Source: Eledone cirrhosa
Lineage: Eukaryota
Assembly (NCBI GenBank): GCA_964016885.1
Contig: OZ024743.1
Span: 62,930,001 to 62,994,000 of the forward strand
DNA length: 64,000 bases
Direction of reading: 5' to 3'
This document shows positions 1 to 14,000 of this stretch, piece by piece. The notes below the pieces were generated by a model. The model made no database searches. It had not been told where the DNA came from and saw nothing but the letters and a program-made list of their open reading frames with translations. Every line of letters starts with the position of its first letter. The stretch's first letter is position 1. A program made the position numbers and the translations under genes.

Positions 1-1
1 T

Positions 2-79
2 GGGATCACAGGTAAGCTAACTAAGAACATAGATTTTACATGTGGTCGGTGCCCTGGTGCAATAAGTAGCAGCAAGTGA
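2..79 (+). mobile_element. RTE-like LINE coding fragment (runs off window start)
   Basis: Frame 2 reads GITGKLTKNIDFTCGRCPGAISSSK*, resembling the Cys-containing segment downstream of the RT domain in mollusc RTE elements. Short, so the call is weak. Confidence 0.4.
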
Positions 80-550
80 ACAAAAAAATGGCGTAGACAT
101 ACAACACAACAGGAGGAACAATGAATATATAACACCACTGACGATGTTGCAGATGTGCAACGAAAGATTTATGTAAATTATGTAAACTATATATATATGT
201 GTTTGTCTATATTATATCTGTATTATTTTTGACCGCCGGTCAGTCAATGGCAACATTGAGGACCGAGTAAGTTAGATCGCAGATATGTATATATAAAAGA
301 CAGCGAGAAGCGAAAACCAACCAAACAGTGAGTGTGTTCTGTTATTAATTCTAGCAATATTACGCAAATATGACCCTCCCCAAATATAACAATATCTGTT
401 TCGACACACGATTTCATATAAAAAACCTCGCAAAACTGTATATATATATATATATATATATACATATATGTGTATATATATATATATATATACATATATG
501 TATATATATATGTATATATACATATATATATATGTATATATATATGTATA

Positions 551-1030
551 CTACAGTCAGTAGGCATCTCTATCAACCCCCCCCCCCCATCCCACCATCT
601 CCACCCCATCCACACCGCCCCTTTCAATGTAAAGTTATGTTGGTCCCACAACATCCAGGCCGAAACAAATGAGATCGTGTAGGTGTCACGACAAAAAAAC
701 ACACAGTCCACGCTGTAAATGTGGCCGTGTAGGCAACACGGTAAAAACCTCCCAGCCCCACACTGTAAATGTGGTTGGTGTTAGGAAGGGCATCCAGCTG
801 TAGAAAACCCGCCAGAAAGTCCACGCTGTAATGTGGCCGTGTAGGCAACACGGTAAAAACCTCCCAGCCCCACACTGTAAATGTGGTTGGTGTTAGGAAG
901 GGCATCCAACTGTAGAAAACCCGCCAGACAGTCCTATGCGAGCAAGACAACCACTCTTGCCTCAAGTGGGAAAACACCCGTCCAAACCCATGCAAGCGTG
1001 GAACACGGACGCTAAACCTGATGATGATGA
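551..1030 (+). mobile_element. 5'-truncated RTE-family LINE, 3' UTR only, with internal ~113-bp duplication
   Basis: Colinear with the 3' UTR following the RTE ORF end at 1392. Contains GTGGTTGGTGTTAGGAAGGGCATCC twice and ends CCCATGCAAGCGTGGAACACGGAC...(GAT)n. Confidence 0.85.
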
Positions 1031-1097
1031 CATATATATGTATATATACATATATATATATGTATACATATATATGTATATATACATATATATGTAT

Positions 1098-1791
1098 AAA
1101 CGAACTAAGCATAAACGAACTAAGGAAAAAATTAGAGATAAGAGGGATCAGATGTTGTTTACTCGAGAGAAGGCTACGTTGGTATGGACACGTGATGCGC
1201 ATGAAAGTCGATAGCTGTATAACAAAGTGCAGGGCAATAAAGATAGACGGTAGTCACGGAATAGGCAGACCTAGAAAAACCTGGGACGAGCTGATAAACT
1301 CCGACATCACACACTTACACCTCTCCAAGACAATGTCACTAGACCGAGACCTTTGGCGGTACTCAGTAACAGAGAAGACCCGCCTTACCTAAATATATAG
1401 TAAAACCTACTCCAGCCAGTAGGCATCTCTAACAAAATACACCCCGTCCCACCACCCCCGCCCCCACCCCATCCACACCACCCCGTTCTATGTAAAGTTA
1501 TGTTGGTGCCGCGCCATCGAGGCCGAAACAAATGAGATCGTGTAGGTGTCACGACAAAAAAACACACAGTCCACGCTGTAATGTGGCCGTGTAGGCAACA
1601 CGGTAAAAACCTCCCAGACCCACACTGTAAATGTGGTTGGTGTTAGGAAGGGCATCCAACTGTAGAAAACCTGCCAGACAGTCCTATGCGAGCAAGACAA
1701 TCACTCTTGCCTCAAGTGGGACTACCCCCGTCCAAACCCATGCAAGCGTGGAACACGGACGTTAAACGTTGATGATGATGATGATGATGAT
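1098..1791 (+). mobile_element. RTE-family LINE 3' fragment (ORF C-terminus, 3' UTR, (GAT)n tail)
   Basis: Translation ERRLRWYGHVMRM...GRPRKTW...DRDLWR is the typical RTE C-terminal signature. Stop at 1392, ~400-bp 3' UTR, (GAT)n tail. Confidence 0.9.
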
Positions 1792-1846
1792 GTATATATA
1801 CATATATATGTATATATACATATATATGTATATATACATATATATG

Positions 1847-1877
<31 letters not shown>

Positions 1878-1922
1878 GTATATCTATATATATATATGTA
1901 TATATATATGTATATATATATG

Positions 1923-1953
<31 letters not shown>

Positions 1954-1964
1954 GTATATATATG

Positions 1965-1995
<31 letters not shown>

Positions 1996-2014
1996 CTATA
2001 TGTATATATATAAC

Positions 2015-2049
<35 letters not shown>

Positions 2050-2099
2050 GTATGTATATATATATGTATATGTATATATATATGTATATGTATATGTAT

Positions 2100-2137
<38 letters not shown>

Positions 2138-2141
2138 GTAT

Positions 2142-2177
<36 letters not shown>

Positions 2178-2211
2178 GTATATATATATGTATATATATA
2201 TATATATGTAT

Positions 2212-2245
<34 letters not shown>

Positions 2246-2261
2246 ATGTATATGTATATAT

Positions 2262-2295
<34 letters not shown>

Positions 2296-2382
2296 GTATA
2301 TAAATATGCTTATATACATATGTATATATATATGTATATACATATGCTTATATATATATGTATATATATATGTATATACATA
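1792..2382. repeat. Degenerate (TA)n/(TATG)n microsatellite
   Basis: Directly visible dinucleotide low-complexity tract. Confidence 0.95.
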
Positions 2383-2785
2383 TCCGTTCGGACTAAAGCT
2401 CGTTGAAGAAGTAACTCCAGTCCCCCGTTGTCTGTAAGTCTTATATTTTTATGTGAGCTGATAGAGGACGGTTTAAGGATTTACAGAAACCCAAGAAGCT
2501 AGATATACCATCTCTCTAGTGAGTCCGGGTATGCTTTTTACATTCATTTGATTTATTGATTTATTGATAATTTATCTGAGTGTCCCGAATCTTCCATATC
2601 GCAATTTTTCGGTTGTTTGGTTTATTGTAGACATATTCTACGTGTGACGGTATTTTAACGATAGTTATAGCTCTGATTTATTTGAATTATGGAGCCCTCT
2701 GCCGCTCATCTCGAATTTTGTTTATCGTGAACTCGTGCGCCGATTTTTCGATACTCGATTATTCTACTATATGTATATATATATG

Positions 2786-2901
<116 letters not shown>

Positions 2902-3544
2902 AGTATATATATGTGTATGTATGTGCATATATAACATAACTCTCTCAGTATCACTCATTTTCTCCCACGCACATACACATGCATCACAGATTAAGGAATT
3001 TAGTTTTGCCATACACACAGTCAGCCTGTTTACTCCTATTACAGTATCACCACTGCAGTCTTTAATCACACAACAAACTTAACAGTAAAACGAATGCACT
3101 ATGCACTGACTGCCACATTGTACTTTTAAACAACAAACTAGACAACAAAACAGATAGATCATACATCAACTGTCACACTGCATTCTTAAACAACTAACTG
3201 GTATGTAACAGAATATGCAGTATTGTCTCAGAACAGGTTTTAATCTTTTATTATAGGAATTGAAGTACCTAGGAGAGCAATTGTATAATAAAAAACAAAC
3301 AAAAAAATCTGGTATGACAGGCTTTGATTACTAGGATCAACTTGAAACACTCAAGTGGTATTCCCTACAATGACATTGTAGGGAATATTGTACAATACAG
3401 AAAATAATCCATCAATATTGCCCAAAGGATGCTGCTATCAAGTTTAAATATCACCAAAGACCATCCATCCTTTACAAAAATTGAACATACATCACAATAT
3501 TTTAACAGAACTATTTCACTGCAATTGATCCTGCTCTCTTTAGT

Positions 3545-3940
3545 ATCATACCAACCATCTTGCCAACAACAACCCTGAGTACCTTTTTGATTTCCATGTG
3601 TCTAACAGACGTGGGCATGCCTACAAAGTCAGAAAACAGCACAGTTCCCAAGACTTTCGGCAACATTTTTTCATGCTCAGAGTTGCTGAAGCATGGAACA
3701 AACTACCTGCATCAGTTATTAGCTGTCGAGACACTGCATCCTTTAAAACCTCCATGCTTCCCGAGATTCGCCAACACTACACCTAATGTTCCCCCTCCAT
3801 ACACATACACACATGTATATCATGACTCATACACTATTCACTTCCCTGACATTTGAATATTATTCTATGTACTATACATGCACCTTTGATGAGTTGTAGT
3901 GCACCTGAGCACTTTACACAATAATTTCATTATATTATAT
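3545..3940 (+). mobile_element. CR1-clade LINE 3' fragment
   Basis: ORF 3598-3786 reads RGHAYKVRKQ...RQHFFMLRVAEAWNKLP, matching the CR1 C-terminal RGH..K/FF..RV...WN.LP motif. The 3' end GTAGTGCACCTGAGCAC...ATAATTTCATTAT recurs at 45040 and 50760. Confidence 0.88.
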
Positions 3941-4559
3941 TATAATATTCAAATGGTTCTAAGACAAATACCTCCACAAAATTACAAAGTAATGCCCTAC
4001 ATCATGATATGTTTATTAACTTGAGTGGGTTATGGTGTTCAAAGTATGGCATAAATATGAAACATGACCTGGGTCAATACTGGCCAAAAGTTATCAAAGT
4101 AGCCATGATACAATACACGAGGGCTACTTTTAAATATTGAATTTACTTTAATGGGAACAGCTTATAGTGTAAATGCATTTAGACAAAAGCAGAAATGTCA
4201 ACTTTGGGGTGGGTGAGAGATGTCTTCTCTTGAGAAAATGGGTATAGCTCCCCATTTTAACTCATTTCTCCCCATTTGAGGGCACTTTTTTTCATAGTAC
4301 TCCCCATTTGGGTTTTTAGAGGTTGGCAGGTCTGCAAAGGGTGGGGTTTGGTAATCATGTACAAAAATAACTGAAAAAAATTATAGTTATCAATTAAATC
4401 TGAAAAAATAATGAATGCATAAATTTGACAAAATTCTGGCAATGCTTTCCCAAAGAACAAGGTAAAGCAATGATGTAGAACAATTGCTGAGTCATGCAAT
4501 TGTTCTATAGCATTGCTTTAGCCTATAAATATCAGTAGTAAAGAGAAGTGTATGGTAGA

Positions 4560-4677
4560 ATGGAACACTGGGTAGGTAGACTATAGTCAAACATTGTTAG
4601 TACTGGGGTGGTGGGATACAGTTACACATTGTTGGTACTAGAATATTGGGATGGTAGGATGTAGTCATATATTGTTG
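4560..4677. repeat. Degenerate edge units of the 43-bp minisatellite
   Basis: Diverged copies such as TACTGGGGTGGTGGGATACAGTTACACATTGTTGGTAC, separated from the main array by the 4678-5055 insertion. Confidence 0.8.
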
Positions 4678-5055
4678 AAAACCCACCTTATCTAAGTACA
4701 AAGTGAAACCTACAGTCAGTAGGCACCTCTTAATCAAATATACACCCCCCCCCCCCCCCCACCCCTTTCTCTGTAAAGTTATGTTGGTACCACAATATCC
4801 AGTCCTAAATAAATGAGGCCGTGTAGGTGTCACGACAAAAAAAACAAAACATAGCCACGCTGTAATGTGGCCGTGTAGGTAACAACCTACCAGTCCACAC
4901 TGTAAACGTGGTTGGTGTTAGGAAGGGCATCCAGCCGTAGAAAACCCGCCAGACTGTCCCATACGAGCGAATCAACCAATCTTGCCTCAAGTGGGACAAT
5001 TCCCATCTAAACTCATGCTAGCGTGGAAGATAGACGTTAAACGAGGATGATGATG
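4678..5055 (+). mobile_element. 5'-truncated RTE-family LINE inserted in the satellite edge, 7-bp TSD ATTGTTG
   Basis: Homologous to 1375-1791. ATTGTTG at 4671-4677 and 5056-5062; (GAT)n tail. Confidence 0.85.
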
Positions 5056-8000
5056 ATTGTTGGTACTGGAGTAGTGGGATGGTGGGATATAGTCACATAT
5101 TGTTGGTAGTGGGATACTGGGATGGTGGGATATAGTCACACATTGTTGGTAGTGGGATACTGGGATGGTGGGATATAGTCACATATTGTTGGTAGTGGGA
5201 TACTGGGATGGTGGGATATAGTCACACATTGTTGGTAGTGGGATACTGGGATGGTGGGATATAGTCACATATTGTTGGTAGTGGGATACTGGGATGGTGG
5301 GATATAGTCACATTGTTGGTAGTGGGATACTGGGATGGTGGGATATAGTCACACATTGTTGGTAGTGGGATACTGGGATGGTGGGATATAGTCACACATT
5401 GTTGGTACTGGAGTACTGGGATGGTGGGATATAGTCACACATTGTTGGTACTGGAGTACTGGGATGGTGGGATATAGTCACACATTGTTGGTACTGGGAT
5501 ACTGGGATGGTGGGATATAGTCACATATTGTTGGTACTGGAGTACTGGGATGGTGGGATATAGTCACACATTGTTGGTACTGGAGTACTGGGATGGTGGG
5601 ATATAGTCACACATTGTTGGTACTGGGATACTGGGATGGTGGGATATAGTCACATTGTTGGTACTGGGATACTGGGATGGTGGGATATAGTCACATATTG
5701 TTGGTACTGGGATACTGGGATGGTGGGATATAGTCACATATTGTTGGTAGTGGGTACTGGGATGGTGGGATATAGTCACATTGTTGGTAGTGGGATACTG
5801 GGATGGTGGGATATAGTCACATATTGTTGGTAGTGGGATACTGGGATGGTGGGATATAGTCACATATTGTTGGTAGTGGGATACTGGGATGGTGGGATAT
5901 AGTCACATATTGTTGGTACTGGGATACTGGGATGGTGGGATATAGTCACATATTGTTGGTAGTGGGTACTGGGATGGTGGGATATAGTCACATTGTTGGT
6001 AGTGGGATACTGGGATGGTGGGATATAGTCACATATTGTTGGTAGTGGGATACTGGGATGGTGGGATATAGTCACACATTGTTGGTACTGGAGTACTGGG
6101 ATGGTGGGATATAGTCACATATTGTTGGTACTGGAGTACTGGGATGGTGGGATATAGTCACATATTGTTGGTAGTGGAGTACTGGGATGGTGGGATATAG
6201 TCACACATTGTTGGTAGTGGGATACTGGGATGGTGGGATATAGTCACATTGTTGGTAGTGGGATACTGGGATGGTGGGATATAGTCACATATGGTTGGTA
6301 CTGGAGTACTGGGATGGTGGGATATAGTCACACATTGTTGGTACTGGAGTACTGGGATGGTGGGATATAGTCACATATTGTTGGTACTGGAGTACTGGGA
6401 TGGTGGGATATAGTCACATATTGTTGGTAGTGGAATACTGGGATGGTGGGATATAGTCACATATTGTTGGTACTGGAGTACTGGGATGGTGGGATATAGT
6501 CACACATTGTTGGTAGTGGGATACTGGGATGGTGGGATATAGTCACATATGGTTGGTACTGGAGTACTGGGATGGTGGGATATAGTCACACATTGTTGGT
6601 AGTGGGATACTGGGATGGTGGGATATAGTCACACATTGTTGGTAGTGGGATACTGGGATGGTGGGATATAGTCACACATTGTTGGTAGTGGGATACTGGG
6701 ATGGTGGGATATAGTCACACATTGTTGGTATTGGAGTACTGGGATGGTGGGATATAGTCACATATTGTTGGTACTGGAGTACTGGGATGGTGGGATATAG
6801 TCACATATTGTTGGTAGTGGAATACTGGGATGGTGGGATATAGTCACATATGGTTGGTACTGGAGTACTGGGATGGTGGGATATAGTCACATATTGTTGG
6901 TAGTGGAATACTGGGATGGTGGGATATAGTCACATATGGTTGGTACTGGAGTACTGGGATGGTGGGATATAGTCACATATGGTTGGTACTGGAGTACTGG
7001 GATGGTGGGATATAGTCACATATTGTTGGTAGTGGGATACTGGGATGGTGGGATATAGTCACATATGGTTGGTACTGGAGTACTGGGATGGTGGGATATA
7101 GTCACATATGGTTGGTACTGGAATACTGGGATGGTGGGATATAGTCACATATGGTTGGTACTGGAGTACTGGGATGGTGGGATATAGTCACATATGGTTG
7201 GTACTGGAATACTGGGATGGTGGGATATAGTCACATATGGTTGGTACTGGAATACTGGGATGGTGGGATATAGTCACATATGGTTGGTACTGGAGTACTG
7301 GGATGGTGGGATATAGTCACATATTGTTGGTAGTGGAATACTGGGATGGTGGGATATAGTCACATATGGTTGGTACTGGAGTACTGGGATGGTGGGATAT
7401 AGTCACATATGGTTGGTACTGGAGTACTGGGATGGTGGGATATAGTCACACATTGTTGGTACTGGAATACTGGGATGGTGGGATATAGTCACATATTGTT
7501 GGTAGGGGGATACTGGGATGGTGGGATATAGTCACATATTGTTGGTAGTGGGATACTGGGATGGTGGGATATAGTCACATATTGTTGGTACTGGAGTACT
7601 GGGATGGTGGGATATAGTCACATATGGTTGGTACTGGAATACTGGGATGGTGGGATATAGTCACATATGGTTGGTAGTGGGATACTGGGATGGTGGGATA
7701 TAGTCACATATTGTTGGTAGGGGGATACTGGGATGGTGGGATATAGTCACATATTGTTGGTAGTGGGATACTGGGATGGTGGGATATAGTCACATATTGT
7801 TGGTAGTGGGATACTGGGATGGTGGGATATAGTCACATATTGTTGGTAGTGGGATACTGGGATGGTGGGATATAGTCACATATTGTTGGTAGTGGGATAC
7901 TGGGATGGTGGGATATAGTCACATATGGTTGGTACTGGAGTACTGGGATGGTGGGATATAGTCACATATGGTTGGTAGGGGGATACTGGGATGGTGGGAT

Positions 8001-11000
8001 ATAGTCACATATTGTTGGTACTGGAGTACTGGGATGGTGGGATATAGTCACATATTGTTGGTAGTGGGATACTGGGATGGTGGGATATAGTCACATATTG
8101 TTGGTACTGGAGTACTGGGATGGTGGGATATAGTCACATATGGTTGGTAGGGGGATACTGGGATGGTGGGATATAGTCACATATTGTTGGTAGTGGGATA
8201 CTGGGATGGTGGGATATAGTCACACATTGTTGGTAGTGGAATACTGGGATGGTGGGATATAGTCACATATTGTTGGTAGTGGGATACTGGGATGGTGGGA
8301 TATAGTCACATATGGTTGGTACTGGAGTACTGGGATGGTGGGATATAGTCACATATGGTTGGTAGGGGGATACTGGGATGGTGGGATATAGTCACATATT
8401 GTTGGTACTGGAGTACTGGGATGGTGGGATATAGTCACATATTGTTGGTAGTGGGATACTGGGATGGTGGGATATAGTCACATATTGTTGGTACTGGAGT
8501 ACTGGGATGGTGGGATATAGTCACATATGGTTGGTAGGGGGATACTGGGATGGTGGGATATAGTCACATATTGTTGGTAGTGGGATACTGGGATGGTGGG
8601 ATATAGTCACACATTGTTGGTAGTGGAATACTGGGATGGTGGGATATAGTCACATATTGTTGGTAGTGGGATACTGGGATGGTGGGATATAGTCACATAT
8701 GGTTGGTACTGGAGTACTGGGATGGTGGGATATAGTCACATATGGTTGGTAGGGGGATACTGGGATGGTGGGATATAGTCACATATTGTTGGTACTGGAG
8801 TACTGGGATGGTGGGATATAGTCACATATTGTTGGTAGTGGGATACTGGGATGGTGGGATATAGTCACATATTGTTGGTACTGGAGTACTGGGATGGTGG
8901 GATATAGTCACATATGGTTGGTAGGGGGATACTGGGATGGTGGGATATAGTCACATATTGTTGGTAGTGGGATACTGGGATGGTGGGATATAGTCACACA
9001 TTGTTGGTAGTGGAATACTGGGATGGTGGGATATAGTCACATATTGTTGGTAGTGGGATACTGGGATGGTGGGATATAGTCACATATGGTTGGTACTGGA
9101 GTACTGGGATGGTGGGATATAGTCACATATGGTTGGTAGGGGGATACTGGGATGGTGGGATATAGTCACATATTGTTGGTACTGGAGTACTGGGATGGTG
9201 GGATATAGTCACATATTGTTGGTAGTGGGATACTGGGATGGTGGGATATAGTCACATATTGTTGGTACTGGAGTACTGGGATGGTGGGATATAGTCACAT
9301 ATGGTTGGTAGGGGGATACTGGGATGGTGGGATATAGTCACATATTGTTGGTAGTGGGATACTGGGATGGTGGGATATAGTCACACATTGTTGGTAGTGG
9401 AATACTGGGATGGTGGGATATAGTCACATATTGTTGGTAGTGGGATACTGGGATGGTGGGATATAGTCACATATTGTTGGTAGTGGGATACTGGGATGGT
9501 GGGATATAGTCACACATTGTTGGTACTGGAGTAGTGGGATGGTGGGATATAGTCACATATTGTTGGTACTGGAATACTGGGATGGTGGGATATAGTCACA
9601 TATTGTTGGTAGTGGAATACTGGGATGGTGGGATATAGTCACATATTGTTGGTACTGGAGTAGTGGGATGGTGGGATATAGTCACATATTGTTGGTACTG
9701 GAATACTGGGATGGTGGGATATAGTCACATATTGTTGGTACTGGGATACTGGGATGGTGGGATATAGTCACATATTGTTGGTAGTGGGATACTGGGATGG
9801 TGGGATATAGTCACACATTGTTGGTACTGGAGTACTGGGATGGTGGGATATAGTCACACATTGTTGGTACTGGGATGGTGGGATATAGTCACATATTGTT
9901 GGTACTGGAATACTGGGATGGTGGGATATAGTCACATATTGTTGGTACTGGAATACTGGGATGGTGGGATATAGTCACATATTGTTGGTAGTGGAGTACT
10001 GGGATGGTGGGATATAGTCACATATTGTTGGTACTGGAATACTGGGATGGTGGGATATAGTCACATATTGTTGGTAGTGGGATACTGGGATGGTGGGATA
10101 TAGTCACATATTGTTGGTACTGGAATACTGGGATGGTGGGATATAGTCACATATTGTTGGTAGTGGGATACTGGGATGGTGGGATATAGTCACATATTGT
10201 TGGTAGTGGAGTACTGGGATGGTGGGATATAGTCACATATTGTTGGTACTGGAATACTGGGATGGTGGGATATAGTCACATTGTTGGTACTGGAATACTG
10301 GGATGGTGGGATATAGTCACACATTGTTGGTAGTGGGATACTGGGATGGTGGGATATAGTCACACATTGTTGGTACTGGGATGGTGGGATATAGTCACAT
10401 ATTGTTGGTACTGGGATGGTGGGATATAGTCACATATTGTTGGTACTGGGATGGTGGGATATAGTCACATATTGTTGGTACTGGAATACTGGGATGGTGG
10501 GATATAGTCACATATTGTTGGTACTGGGATGGTGGGATATAGTCACATATTGTTGGTACTGGAATACTGGGATGGTGGGATATAGTCACATATTGTTGGT
10601 ACTGGGATACTGGGATGGTGGGATATAGTCACATTGTTGGTAGTGGGATACTGGGATGGTGGGATATAGTCACACATTGTTGGTACTGGGATACTGGGAT
10701 GGTGGGATATAGTCACATATTGTTGGTACTGGGATACTGGGATGGTGGGATATAGTCACATTGTTGGTAGTGGGATACTGGGATGGTGGGATATAGTCAC
10801 ACATTGTTGGTACTGGGATGGTGGGATATAGTCACATATTGTTGGTACTGGGATGGTGGGATATAGTCACATATTGTTGGTACTGGGATACTGGGATGGT
10901 GGGATATAGTCACATATTGTTGGTACTGGGATACTGGGATGGTGGGATATAGTCACACATTGTTGGTAGTGTGATACTGGGATGGTGGGATATAGTCACA

Positions 11001-14000
11001 CATTATTGGTACTGGAATACTGGGATGGTGGGATATAGTCACATTGTTGGTAGTGGGATACTGGGATGGTGGGATATAGTCACATATTGTTGGTACTGGG
11101 ATACTGGGATGGTGGGATATAGTCACACATTGTTGGTACTGGGATACTGGGATGGTGGGATATAGTCACACATTGTTGGTACTGGAGTACTGGGATGGTG
11201 GGATATAGTCACATATTGTTGGTAGTGGAATACTGGGATGGTGGGATATAGTCACATATTGTTGGTAGTGGAATACTGGGATGGTGGGATATAGTCACAT
11301 ATTGTTGGTAGTGTGATACTGGGATGGTGGGATATAGTCACATTGTTGGTAGTGTGATACTGGGATGGTGGGATATAGTCACACATTGTTGGTAGTGGGA
11401 TACTGGGATGGTGGGATATAGTCACATTGTTGGTACTGGGATACTGGGATGGTGGGATATAGTCACATATTGTTGGTACTGGGATACTGGGATGGTGGGA
11501 TATAGTCACATATTGTTGGTACTGGGATACTGGGATGGTGGGATATAGTCACATTGTTGGTACTGGGATACTGGGATGGTGGGATATAGTCACATATTGT
11601 TGGTAGTGGAATACTGGGATGGTGGGATATAGTCACATTGTTGGTAGTGGAGTACTGGGATGGTGGGATATAGTCACACATTGTTGGTATTGGAGTACTG
11701 GGATGGTGGGATATAGTCACACATTGTTGGTATTGGAGTACTGGGATGGTGGGATATAGTCACACATTGTTGGTAGTGGGATACTGGGATGGTGGGATAT
11801 AGTCACACATTGTTGGTACTGGGATACTGGGATGGTGGGATATAGTCACACATTGTTGGTATTGGAGTACTGGGATGGTGGGATATAGTCACATATTGTT
11901 GGTAGTGGGATACTGGGATGGTGGGATATAGTCACATTGTTGGTAGTGGGATACTGGGATGGTGGGATATAGTCACACATTGTTGGTAGTGGGATACTGG
12001 GATGGTGGGATATAGTCACACATTGTTGGTAGTGGAATACTGGGATGGTGGGATATAGTCACACATTGTTGGTACTGGGATACTGGGATGGTGGGATATA
12101 GTCACACATTGTTGGTATTGGAGTACTGGGATGGTGGGATATAGTCACATATTGTTGGTAGTGGGATACTGGGATGGTGGGATATAGTCACATTGTTGGT
12201 AGTGGAATACTGGGATGGTGGGATATAGTCACACATTGTTGGTACTGGGATACTGGGATGGTGGGATATAGTCACACATTGTTGGTAGTGGAATACTGGG
12301 ATGGTGGGATATAGTCACACATTGTTGGTACTGGGATACTGGGATGGTGGGATATAGTCACACATTGTTGGTATTGGAGTACTGGGATGGTGGGATATAG
12401 TCACATATTGTTGGTAGTGGGATACTGGGATGGTGGGATATAGTCACATTGTTGGTAGTGGGATACTGGGATGGTGGGATATAGTCACATTGTTGGTAGT
12501 GGGATACTGGGATGGTGGGATATAGTCACACATTGTTGGTACTGGAGTAGTGGGATGGTGGGATATAGTCACATATTGTTGGTACTGGGATACTGGGATG
12601 GTGGGATATAGTCACACATTGTTGGTACTGGGATACTGGGATGGTGGGATATAGTCACATTGTTGGTAGTGGGATACTGGGATGGTGGGATATAGTCACA
12701 TTGTTGGTAGTGGGATACTGGGATGGTGGGATATAGTCACACATTGTTGGTACTGTGATACTGGGATGGTGGGATATAGTCACACATTGTTGGTACTGGG
12801 ATACTGGGATGGTGGGATATAGTCACACATTGTTGGTACTGGGATGGTGGGATGGTGGGATATAGTCACATGTTGTTGGTACTGGGATGGTGGGATATAG
12901 TCACATTGTTGGTAGTGGGATACTGGGATGGTGGGATATAGTCACATTGTTGGTACTGGAGTACTGGGATGGTGGGATATAGTCACACATTGTTGGTACT
13001 GGGATACTGGGATGATGGGGTATAGTCACACATTGTTGGTACTGGGATGGTGGGATATAGTCACATATTGTTGGTAGTGGAATACTGGGATGGTGGGATA
13101 TAGTCACATTGTTGGTACTGGGATGGTGGGATATAGTCACATTGTTGGTACTGGAGTACTGGGATGGTGGGATATAGTCACATATTGTTGGTACTGGGAT
13201 GGTGGGATATAGTCACATTGTTGGTACTGGAATACTGGGATGGTGGGATATAGTCACATATTGTTGGTACTGGGATACTGGGATTGTGGGATATAGTCAC
13301 ATTGTTGGTACTGGAGTACTGGGATGGTGGTGTAGTGACCTACATTCCGCGGGCTCACATACATTCTCTGTGCGTGATTTGGCTCAGCTCAGCCAATCAG
13401 CGCCAGGGGAAGAGAATGTATCCCTACGCGTTCTGAGGGGGAAATAGCCCGCAAAGATTTGAGAAATCACAGACTTGCAGCTTGGCCATGCTAAGGTAAA
13501 CACCACTTGTCCTTTTGCTCCGTAAACACAAACAATATGTAACGACAAAACATTACCTACGGGCCTGGACAAACGCCTCAGCCAGTCGGCCGTATTTTCT
13601 GTTGTAATCTTAATTGAATTATTTCATTTCTCTTGGCATGCCAGCTTAATTCACTTCTTAACCTTTGTTAATAAATAATGTAAAAACAAGCTAAAGTCGT
13701 TGTCAATATTCCTATCGTATCTTTCTACCAAACCTGGTTCCTTGTGGCAACCTTACCAACTTCTAAATAAATCTCTGCTAAAGTGGGATAGAGTCACATA
13801 TGGTTGGTACTGGAGTACTGGGATGGTGGGATATAGTCACATATTGTTGGTACTGGAGTACTGGGATGGTGGGATATAGTCACATATGGTTGGTACTGGA
13901 GTACTGGGATGGTGGGATATAGTCACATATTGTTGGTACTGGAGTACTGGGATGGTGGGATATAGTCACATATTGTTGGTACTGGAGTAGTGGGATGGTG

